This document shows, in pieces, positions 9,808 through 16,569 of a stretch of DNA of 32,000 nt. The notes under the pieces were generated by a model, which saw only the letters and a list, made by a program, of their open reading frames with translations, did no database searches and was not told where the DNA came from. Within the stretch, counting starts at the first letter, position 1, and each line of letters starts with the position of its first letter. Source of the stretch: Pseudomonas aeruginosa (GTDB lineage Bacteria > Pseudomonadota > Gammaproteobacteria > Pseudomonadales > Pseudomonadaceae); the NCBI RefSeq assembly GCF_001457615.1, contig NZ_LN831024.1:1830001-1862000 (forward strand), in the 5' to 3' direction. The position numbers and the translations under genes are program-made.

Positions 9808-10021
9808 GGTGTAACTCCTGAAACAAAGTTGATTGCGGCGACGGAAATATCCGAGCCGGTAGGTACTGAGTTGCAAAGAGTACGAGGAGCCGAGGCGATG
9901 AGCGGACCGAGATCTACCACACCAGGTCACGATTCACTGTGACCCAAGCAAGCACAGTGGTCGCAGAGTACGCGATAAAACTGCGGAAAGCGATACCCCT
10001 CGGAGCATATTCGATGGATGT

Positions 10022-10336
10022 CTAATGGCTCAGCTTGAGGCCGACCAGTCCGCAGACGATCAGCGCGACGCTGGCCAGGCGCAGCAATGCCATGGATTCG
10101 CCGAACAGGACGATCCCGGCGATTACCGTGCCGACCGCGCCGACCCCGGTCCAGACGGCATAGGCGGTGCCCAGCGGCAGGTGCTTCATGGCCAGGCCGA
10201 GCAGGCCCAGGCTGACCAGCATGGCGAGCGCCGTGAGGACCGTGGGAAGCGGCTTGCTGAAGCCTTCGGTGTATTTCAGACCAACGGCCCAGCCCACTTC
10301 GAACAGGCCGGCGAAAAACAGGATGATCCAGGACAT
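10022..10336 (-). CDS. gdx: SMR-family guanidinium exporter Gdx (SugE)
   Basis: [31 protein letters not shown]...[32 protein letters not shown]; matches the SugE/Gdx subtype and is preceded by a guanidine-II riboswitch. Confidence 0.92.
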   Translation of the reverse strand: MSWIILFFAGLFEVGWAVGLKYTEGFSKPLPTVLTALAMLVSLGLLGLAMKHLPLGTAYAVWTGVGAVGTVIAGIVLFGESMALLRLASVALIVCGLVGLKLSH

Positions 10337-10361
10337 GGCGATCTCCAGGGCAACGGGTGGC

Positions 10362-10415
10362 GGGGCCGTCCCCATTCGATCACCGGCCGGAGGCGGGTGG
10401 TGAGGTCGTCCTCAC
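10362..10415 (-). promoter_or_regulatory. Guanidine-II (mini-ykkC) riboswitch in the gdx/sugE leader
   Basis: On the minus strand GTGAGG-ACGA-CCTCAC (10415..10400) then GGGG-ACGG-CCCC (10373..10362), two ACGR-loop hairpins separated by 26 nt, followed by a GGAG Shine-Dalgarno and the ATG at 10336. Confidence 0.92.
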
Positions 10416-10475
10416 TGCGTGCGGTATTTTGCATGGTTCATCGGTCGGGACAAGGCTTCCCGACCGGGACCCAGT

Positions 10476-11411
10476 TCAACGCGGCGTATCTTCCATGCGC
10501 CGGAACAGGGCGGCCAGCAGCGAACCGGAGAGATTGTGCCAGACGCTGAACAGCGCGCTGGGCACCGCTGCCAGGGGCGAGAAATGGGCGTTGGCCAGCG
10601 CCGCGCCGAGCCCCGAGTTCTGCATGCCGACTTCGATGGCCAGGGCCTTGCGCTGTGCCAGCGGCATGCCGGTCAGCTTGCCGGTGAGATAGCCGAGCGA
10701 CAGGCCGAAGCCGTTGTGCAGCATCACCACGGCCATGATCAGCAGGCCGGACTCGGCGATCCGCGCCTGGCTGGCGGCCACCACCGCGGCGATGATCACC
10801 ACGATGCTGAATACCGAGACCAGCGGCAGCACCTCCGCCACCTGTCGGGTGCGCTCGCCGAGCAGGCGCTGTGCCAGCAGGCCGAGGGCGATGGGCACCA
10901 GCACCACCTGGAGGATCGACAGGAACATCGCCGCGAACGACACCGGCAGCCAGGCCGAGGCCAGCAGCCAGACCAGCGCCGGCGTGACCAGCGGGGCGAG
11001 CAGGGTGGTCACCGAGGTGATCGCCACCGACAGGGCGACATCGCCACGGGACAGCCAGGTCATCACGTTGGAAGCGGTGCCGCCGGGGCAGCAGCCGACC
11101 AGGATCACGCCCACCGCGATCTCCGCCGGCAACTGCAACAGGCGACAGAGCAACCAGGCCAGGCCGGGCATGATGACGAACTGGGCCAGCACGCCGATCA
11201 GCACCCGTATGGGGTGCCGGGCGACCTCGCGGAAGTCTTCGCCCTTGAGCGTCAGGCCCATGCCGAACATCACCAGGCCGAGCAGCGGCGCGATGGCGAC
11301 GGTGAGCGGGAGGAACCAGGCCGGCCGGAAGAAGGCGAGGATGGCGAACAGCAGGACCCAGAACGGGAAGCTGGCGCTGACGAAACGGCTCAGGGCGGTC
11401 AGGGCACGCAT
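10476..11411 (-). CDS. Bile acid:sodium symporter (BASS) family transporter
   Basis: 311 aa hydrophobic protein with [44 protein letters not shown] and [18 protein letters not shown], both BASS hallmarks. Confidence 0.92.
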   Translation of the reverse strand: MRALTALSRFVSASFPFWVLLFAILAFFRPAWFLPLTVAIAPLLGLVMFGMGLTLKGEDFREVARHPIRVLIGVLAQFVIMPGLAWLLCRLLQLPAEIAVGVILVGCCPGGTASNVMTWLSRGDVALSVAITSVTTLLAPLVTPALVWLLASAWLPVSFAAMFLSILQVVLVPIALGLLAQRLLGERTRQVAEVLPLVSVFSIVVIIAAVVAASQARIAESGLLIMAVVMLHNGFGLSLGYLTGKLTGMPLAQRKALAIEVGMQNSGLGAALANAHFSPLAAVPSALFSVWHNLSGSLLAALFRRMEDTPR

Positions 11412-11497
11412 GGGCTTTCCTTGTTATTGGACGGCCGCCAGTCTGCCATGCCGGGCGCGACTCTCCCAGCGGCGGGCGCCGCCGGGAGAGCGGGGCG

Positions 11498-12418
11498 TCA
11501 GACGCCCTGGGGGATTTCTTCGCCGCCGAGGGCCTCGAAGAGCGCCGGAAGGAATTCGGCGAAGGTCAGCATCATCAGGGTGAAGCTGGCATCGAGCTGG
11601 CCGAGGGCGTCTTCGCCGCCGTCCTTTTCCGCCTGCTCCTGCAGCAGGTCTTCGAAGCGCAGGCGCTTGACCGCCAGCTTGTCGTCGAGGACGAAGGACA
11701 GCTTGTCCGACCAGGCCAGGGACAACTGGGTGACCAGCTTGCCGGCGGTGAGATGCAGCTGGATTTCCTCGCTGGTCAGGTCCTGGCGCTTGCAACGGAC
11801 CACGCCGCCGTCCTCGTGGGTGTCGCGCAGCTCGCATTCGTCGAGCACGTGGAAGTCGCCGGCGGCTTCCTGGGTCTTGACCCAGTCGGTGAGGGTCGCG
11901 GTCGGCGCGACCTTCACGCTCAGCGGGCGTACCGGCAGGGAGCCGAGCGCTTCGCGCAGCGTCGAGAGCAGGTCTTCGGCCTTCTTCGCGCTGGCCGAGT
12001 CGACCAGGATCAGGCCGAGGCTCGGCGCGATCGCGGCGAAGGTGCTGGAGCGGCGGATGAAAGCGCGCGGCAGCAGGGTCTGGACGATCTCGTCCTTCAA
12101 CTGGTCGCGTTCCTTTTTGTAGACCTTGCGCATCTGCTGGGCTTCGATCTCGTCGACCTTTTCCTTCAGTGCGTCACGCACGACGCTGCCCGGCAGGATG
12201 CGCTCTTCCTTGCGTGCCGAGATCAGGAAGAAGTCCTGGCTGACGTGTACCAGCGGTGCGTCCGGGCCTTTGCCGAACGGCGCGGTGAAGCCGTAGGTGG
12301 TCAGCTCCTGGCTGGCGCAGGGGCGGGCGGGTTTTTCGCCGAGGGCTTTCTCGAGGGAATCGGCATCCAGTTGCAGATCCTGGGTGAGGCGGTAGACGAG
12401 CAGATTGCGGAACCACAT
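11498..12418 (-). CDS. rdgC: Recombination-associated protein RdgC
   Basis: Starts [49 protein letters not shown]; whole-length resemblance to RdgC, including [40 protein letters not shown]. Confidence 0.95.
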   Translation of the reverse strand: MWFRNLLVYRLTQDLQLDADSLEKALGEKPARPCASQELTTYGFTAPFGKGPDAPLVHVSQDFFLISARKEERILPGSVVRDALKEKVDEIEAQQMRKVYKKERDQLKDEIVQTLLPRAFIRRSSTFAAIAPSLGLILVDSASAKKAEDLLSTLREALGSLPVRPLSVKVAPTATLTDWVKTQEAAGDFHVLDECELRDTHEDGGVVRCKRQDLTSEEIQLHLTAGKLVTQLSLAWSDKLSFVLDDKLAVKRLRFEDLLQEQAEKDGGEDALGQLDASFTLMMLTFAEFLPALFEALGGEEIPQGV

Positions 12419-12532
12419 GGGGTCGTTCTCTCCGGGCACAAAGGACCCATTATTCCGCCGCTGGCGGCTCAGGCCAACCCCGGTCCGTCGCTAACTCCTT
12501 GGAACGGCAGAAAATTTTTTTCATCGAGGGGC

Positions 12533-12561
12533 TTGCCAGGGGGCGAATCGCTCCGTAGAAT
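12533..12561 (+). promoter_or_regulatory. Strong sigma70 promoter for the tRNA operon with possible UP element and GC-rich discriminator
   Basis: TTGCCA (12533-12538), 17 nt spacer, TAGAAT (12556-12561); AT-rich aaaattttttt tract just upstream (about 12511-12521); GC-rich GCGCCCC after the -10, typical of stringently controlled stable-RNA promoters. Confidence 0.85.
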
Positions 12562-12582
12562 GCGCCCCACTTCGAGAGTGAA

Positions 12583-12658
12583 GGGTGATTAGCTCAGCTG
12601 GGAGAGCATCTGCCTTACAAGCAGAGGGTCGGCGGTTCGATCCCGTCATCACCCACCA
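12583..12658 (+). tRNA. tRNA-Val (anticodon UAC)
   Basis: GGGTGAT acceptor pairs with ATCACCC, CCA encoded; anticodon stem TCTGC-CTTACAA-GCAGA; T-loop GGTTCGATCCC. Confidence 0.96.
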
Positions 12659-12674
12659 ATCTCGCAAGTTACGC

Positions 12675-12751
12675 GCAGCGGTAGTTCAGTCGGTTAGAAT
12701 ACCGGCCTGTCACGCCGGGGGTCGCGGGTTCGAGTCCCGTCCGCTGCGCCA
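12675..12751 (+). tRNA. tRNA-Asp (anticodon GUC)
   Basis: GCAGCGG acceptor pairs with CCGCTGC, then GCCA; anticodon loop CTGTCAC; T-arm GCGGGTTCGAGTCCCGT. Confidence 0.97.
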
Positions 12752-13007
12752 TTTCCTTCCTTCGCTGTATCTCTTGCGCTTCCTTCCCGTTTCATAATTC
12801 GACGTTTTTCGACGCTTCCTTTCCGCTGTTCTTCTGTCCTCGTTCCACGCGTTCGTTCTGCTATCTCCTTCATTTTTCGGAAAGTTCGGCCTTGAACTTA
12901 TCCGCGCGCACCTGTTCCTATTGCCCATAGCCACTGGTCGCGACAGCCTGCTAAGCTCGCGGCTTCATCGAATATGCCCGAGCGGCGAACAGATTAAAGG
13001 ACTCAGC

Positions 13008-13769
13008 ATGAAACAACATCGGTTGGCAGCAGCGATCGCACTGGTCGGTCTGGTTCTCTCCGGCTGCGATTCGCAGACCAACGTTGAGTTGAAGACCCCG
13101 GCGCAGAAAGCTTCCTATGGTATCGGCCTGAACATGGGCAAGAGCCTGTCCCAGGAAGGCATGGACGACCTGGATTCGAAAGCCGTCGCCAAGGGCATCG
13201 AAGACGCCCTCGGCAAGAAGAAGCAGCAGCTCACCGATGAAGAGCTGACCGAAGCCTTCGCCTTCCTGCAGAAACGTGCCGAGGAGCGGATGGCCGCCAT
13301 CGGCGACGAAAACGCCAAGGCCGGCAAGAAATTCCTCGAGGAAAACGGCAAGCGCGACGGCGTGACCACCACCGCTTCCGGCCTCCAGTACGAAATCGTG
13401 AAGAAGGCCGATGGCCCGCAACCGAAGGCCACCGATGTGGTGACCGTCCACTACGAAGGCCGCCTGACCGATGGCACCGTCTTCGACAGCTCCATCGAGC
13501 GCGGCAGCCCGATCGACCTGCCGGTCAGCGGCGTGATCCCGGGTTGGGTCGAAGCCCTGCAACTGATGCACGTCGGCGAGAAGATCAAGCTGTACATCCC
13601 CAGCGAGCTGGCCTACGGCGCGCAGAGCCCGAGCCCGGCGATCCCGGCCAACTCGGTACTGGTCTTCGACATGGAACTGCTCGGCATCAAGGATCCGTCC
13701 AAGCCGGACGCGGAGCCCGAGGCCGGTGCCGCAGCGCAGCCCGAAGCCAAGGCGGACGCGAAGAAGTAA
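13008..13769 (+). CDS. FKBP-type peptidyl-prolyl isomerase lipoprotein (Mip/FklB-like)
   Basis: Lipobox LVLSGC after a signal peptide; dimerisation region ASYGIGLNMGKSLSQEG; FKBP core TDVVTVHYEGRLTDGTVFDSSIERGSPIDLPVSGVIPGWVEALQLMHVGEKIKLYIPSELAYGAQ. Confidence 0.95.
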   Translation: MKQHRLAAAIALVGLVLSGCDSQTNVELKTPAQKASYGIGLNMGKSLSQEGMDDLDSKAVAKGIEDALGKKKQQLTDEELTEAFAFLQKRAEERMAAIGDENAKAGKKFLEENGKRDGVTTTASGLQYEIVKKADGPQPKATDVVTVHYEGRLTDGTVFDSSIERGSPIDLPVSGVIPGWVEALQLMHVGEKIKLYIPSELAYGAQSPSPAIPANSVLVFDMELLGIKDPSKPDAEPEAGAAAQPEAKADAKK

Positions 13770-13790
13770 TTTTTCCGCCGCGATGCATGA

Positions 13791-13817
13791 AACGCCCCGT
13801 CCATGACGGGGCGTTTT
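13791..13817 (+). terminator. Rho-independent terminator of the FKBP gene
   Basis: AACGCCCCGTC-CAT-GACGGGGCGTTTT, 22 bp downstream of the stop codon. Confidence 0.92.
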
Positions 13818-14071
13818 CATTTGCGGATTCGGCTGAACCCAGGCGCTGCCGCGAGGGTCTGAAAACAGGTCGAGGGCACGGCCGGTGTTACCCTTATGCA
13901 CACATTTGTCGCACGTCGACCCGACCTACGGTATTGACCTCGGGTTGTCCGTTGCGCTAGGTCAAACCCTTGATTTTCAATGCTTTTAGAGCATTGTCTA
14001 AAAAGTGTCCGATCTGTCGGAAAGCCTGTAGCGACGGGCTTCTCGCCGACGGAAGGGGGGGCTGTTCACAA

Positions 14072-14098
14072 GGTTATCCACAGTATGCGTGGATAACC
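14072..14098. repeat. Perfect 10-bp inverted repeat made of two opposed DnaA-box-like sequences
   Basis: GGTTATCCAC-AGTATGC-GTGGATAACC; left arm contains TTATCCACA (14074-14082), right arm the inverted near-match TTATCCACG (14088-14096). Confidence 0.85.
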
Positions 14099-14138
14099 CG
14101 GAGAGCCTCGGCGGCAAGCGCTTGAGCGAGGTGGAAGG

Positions 14139-14570
14139 ATGGATGCACCACGAGGATTCAGTCGTTACCTGGGGATCGCGGAACGTTTCCTGGCCCGTGG
14201 CCGGGTGCCCGCCTTGTTGATTGCGGTAGCACGCAAGCGCTCGCGCCTGAAGCTGGTGAAGAGCGACCTGCGCCTGCTGCAGGAACTGCTGGTGGCCTGG
14301 GTTCGCGGCGAATACCGCGGACTCAGCCGCCAGGCGTTGCTCTCGGTGATCGCGGCGCTGGCCTATTTCCTTTCGCCGGTGGATATCGTTCCCGACTTCA
14401 TCTTCGGTGTCGGCCTGCTCGACGATCTCGCCGTCCTGGCCTGGGTAGTGCGTCGCTGGCAGGCCGAGCTGGATGCCTTCAAGGTCTGGCGTGACGCCCA
14501 GGGCGTCGAGACGCAACAGGCGCTGCGAGAGCTGCCGGCTCCCAGGGCGGAGCGCGTTCAGGGTTCCTGA
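14139..14570 (+). CDS. YkvA-like (DUF1232) small membrane protein
   Basis: 143 aa with RGLSRQALLSVIAALAYFLSPVDIVPDFIFGVGLLDDLAVLAWVVRR, the YkvA/DUF1232 signature (YFLSPxDIxPD). Confidence 0.88.
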   Translation: MDAPRGFSRYLGIAERFLARGRVPALLIAVARKRSRLKLVKSDLRLLQELLVAWVRGEYRGLSRQALLSVIAALAYFLSPVDIVPDFIFGVGLLDDLAVLAWVVRRWQAELDAFKVWRDAQGVETQQALRELPAPRAERVQGS

Positions 14571-15304
14571 GGCGCTTGCAGGCTGTTTTCCAGTAGGCGC
14601 CCGATGCTGCCGTCCCTGACCATCTCATCGAGCACCCGGTCCATACTTTCGACGGGGACCGGCAGTTGTCCGCCATAGATGCAGTGCATCCGATAGCTCT
14701 GCAGTACCAGCGGACTGACGCTCAGGCCCAGCTCGGGATGCTGGCGCGTCAGGTAGAGCAGCGGGCGGCGCATGTCCACCGCGGCGTCCAGGCGCGAACG
14801 CTTGAGCATCTGCACGCGACTGGCCAGGTCGCGGGTATCTTCGCGGCGAATTTCCCCGGCAGCGAAGGCCTGCATGAGATCGTCCGCGTAGACATAGCCT
14901 AGACTTGTACCCAGGGTCTTGCCGCGCAGCTCGGCGAAGTCGCGGATCGCCGGACGGTCGTCGCGCTGCAGCAGGACGTCCTGCTCTTCGAAGAGGGCGG
15001 GAGACCAATGGTAGCGTTCGGGTTTGCTATCCCATCCGGGGTTGGAGTTGCAGATCACGTGAATATGTCCGCTGGCCATGAAGCCGTCGATCCTTCGGTT
15101 CGGCGTTTCCACGAAACGCAGCGACAATCCCAGCCGCTGCGCGACCCGCTCCCCCAACTGGCGGGTGAAGCCGCCTTGCAGCTGGTGATCGACGATGTCC
15201 ACGTAGGGCATGCCGTCGGCGGGGCTGAAGCCCCAGCGCAGCTCGCCGGCGAAGGCCTGTCCGACTCCCAGCAGGATGCACAAACCAAGACTTCTCCGGC
15301 GCAC
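14558..15304 (-). CDS. Periplasmic family-3-type solute-binding protein
   Basis: GTG start at 15304 gives signal peptide VRRRSLGLCILLGVGQAFA-GELRWGFSPADGMPYVDIVDHQLQGGFTRQLGERVAQRLGLSLRFVETPNRRIDGFMASGHIHVICNS; SBP_bac_3-like layout. Overlaps the end of the convergent YkvA-like gene by 13 bp. Confidence 0.8.
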   Translation of the reverse strand: MRRRSLGLCILLGVGQAFAGELRWGFSPADGMPYVDIVDHQLQGGFTRQLGERVAQRLGLSLRFVETPNRRIDGFMASGHIHVICNSNPGWDSKPERYHWSPALFEEQDVLLQRDDRPAIRDFAELRGKTLGTSLGYVYADDLMQAFAAGEIRREDTRDLASRVQMLKRSRLDAAVDMRRPLLYLTRQHPELGLSVSPLVLQSYRMHCIYGGQLPVPVESMDRVLDEMVRDGSIGRLLENSLQAPQEP

Positions 15305-15407
15305 CCGTGGGCTCCTCCACCAGGCAGACTGTGTGACCAGGGCAGCAGTATAGCCAGTCCGCAGCGGCGCGGTGCCTGATAAGATGGCGGCTTGCAAGGA
15401 GACCGAC

Positions 15408-15719
15408 ATGAATGTCCAAGTGATCACGCGAGACGGCGAGGCGGAATACGCGGTGTTGCCCTGGGCCGAATACCAGGCGTTGCTGGCCGCCGCCGGTCGC
15501 CCGGCCGCCAGTGTCGCGGTGGAGACGACCGCGCCGGCGGTGCCATCCGCGAGCCTGCTGGAGCGCCGCGAGGCGCGCGGCCTGAGCCTGGAACAGGTGG
15601 CCCGGGAGGTCGGTATCAGTCCTTCCTACATGGCGATGATCGAACGCGGCGAACGCGAGGCCAGCGAGGCCATCCTGTTCGCCCTGGAGCGTGTGCTGGG
15701 CAAAGCGACGGGGGCCTGA
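15408..15719 (+). CDS. XRE-family helix-turn-helix protein with an antitoxin-like N-terminal segment
   Basis: MNVQVITRDGEAEYAVLPWAEYQALLAAAG (Phd/YefM-like N-terminus) plus LLERREARGLSLEQVAREVGISPSYMAMIERGEREASEAILFALERVL (XRE HTH). Confidence 0.82.
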   Translation: MNVQVITRDGEAEYAVLPWAEYQALLAAAGRPAASVAVETTAPAVPSASLLERREARGLSLEQVAREVGISPSYMAMIERGEREASEAILFALERVLGKATGA

Positions 15720-15727
15720 CCTTGAGT

Positions 15728-16087
15728 GTGCTGATCAGCCGTAAACACTGGGATAGCCTGCTGCTGGAAATCGAGGATGCGCGTCGCCAGCGTCATCTGC
15801 TCACCTACCGGGCGCTGATCGAGCGCCTGCAACTGCCGACTCCGGCGATGACCACCCTCACCGCGGCTCTCGAGCACCTGGCATCGCTGGATGCGCGCTC
15901 GGGGCGTCCGTTGCGCAGTTCGCTGGTCATCAGCCAGGGCGCAAGCCGCTTGCCGCGCACCGGTTTCTTCGAGTGCGTGGAGCGCCTCGGGCGTTTTTCC
16001 GGTCCGCCGGACGGCCCGGCCGCGGCTGGCTGGCATGCGGCGGAAGTGGTCCGTGTCTTCGAATTCGAGTATCCCGATGAACTCTGA
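15728..16087 (+). CDS. Hypothetical protein of about 119 aa in the HTH / Sel1-like group
   Basis: Continuous frame after the HTH stop; start uncertain (TTG 15722 or GTG 15728); VLISRKHWDSLLLEIEDARRQRHLLTYRALIERLQLPTPAMTTLTAALEHLASLDARSGRPLRSSLVISQGASRLPRTGFFECVERLGR. Same strand, near-zero spacing, stop overlaps the next gene. Confidence 0.72.
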   Translation: MLISRKHWDSLLLEIEDARRQRHLLTYRALIERLQLPTPAMTTLTAALEHLASLDARSGRPLRSSLVISQGASRLPRTGFFECVERLGRFSGPPDGPAAAGWHAAEVVRVFEFEYPDEL

Positions 16088-16556
16088 ATGGATCTGGCGC
16101 CTGCGCGCCCGCCTCGGTTACGGCGTGGCCCGGCAGTTGCTGGGCTGGCCCTGGCTGGTCAAGCAGCCGCGAGCCTGGCAGTGGATGCAAGGGCAGTTCT
16201 CGCCCATGGCCAACCTCGGACACCGCGACGCCCAGGCGTTCTACGGTCACCTGCTGCTGTTCCGTGGACAGGGCTTCGGCGCACGCGAGGAGGGCCTGCG
16301 CCTGCTGCGCCTGGCTGCCAGCGCGGGCGATGGGAAATCGGCCTACCAGCTCGGCGTGCAGGCGCTCAAGGGCGACAGCCGGCAAGCGCCCGACGCGCTG
16401 GCAGCCAGCCGCCACTGGGCACTAGCGGCAGAGGCGGGCCACCCGCTGGCGGCGCGCAAGCTGGCGGAACTCTACCGCGATGGAGGCCCGGGCCTGGCGC
16501 CGGACAGCGAGCGCGCCGAGCACTATGCGCAACGGGCGTCCGCGCTCGGTCTCTAG
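16077..16556 (+). CDS. Sel1/TPR-like repeat protein
   Basis: MNSEWIWRLRARLGYGVARQLLG... with Sel1-like GHRDAQAFYGHLLLFRGQGFGAREEGLRLLRLAASAGDGKSAYQLGVQAL and HWALAAEAGHPLAARKLAELYRDG. Start overlaps the upstream stop by 11 nt. Confidence 0.8.
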   Translation: MNSEWIWRLRARLGYGVARQLLGWPWLVKQPRAWQWMQGQFSPMANLGHRDAQAFYGHLLLFRGQGFGAREEGLRLLRLAASAGDGKSAYQLGVQALKGDSRQAPDALAASRHWALAAEAGHPLAARKLAELYRDGGPGLAPDSERAEHYAQRASALGL

Positions 16557-16569
16557 CTGAACGAACGGT

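Noticed and set aside
10419-12122. 567-aa plus-strand ORF
   Set aside because: Spans the antisense of two well-supported minus-strand genes (BASS transporter and RdgC); no motifs.
12583-12920. tRNA pair as a genomic island attachment site
   Set aside because: No integrase, no direct repeat of the tRNA 3' end found by eye, and flanking genes are ordinary core genes (rdgC and FKBP).
14061-14098. Dyad as the chromosomal replication origin
   Set aside because: Only two good DnaA boxes were seen, no obvious 13-mer AT-rich unwinding region, and no dnaA/rpmH/gyrB-type neighbours.
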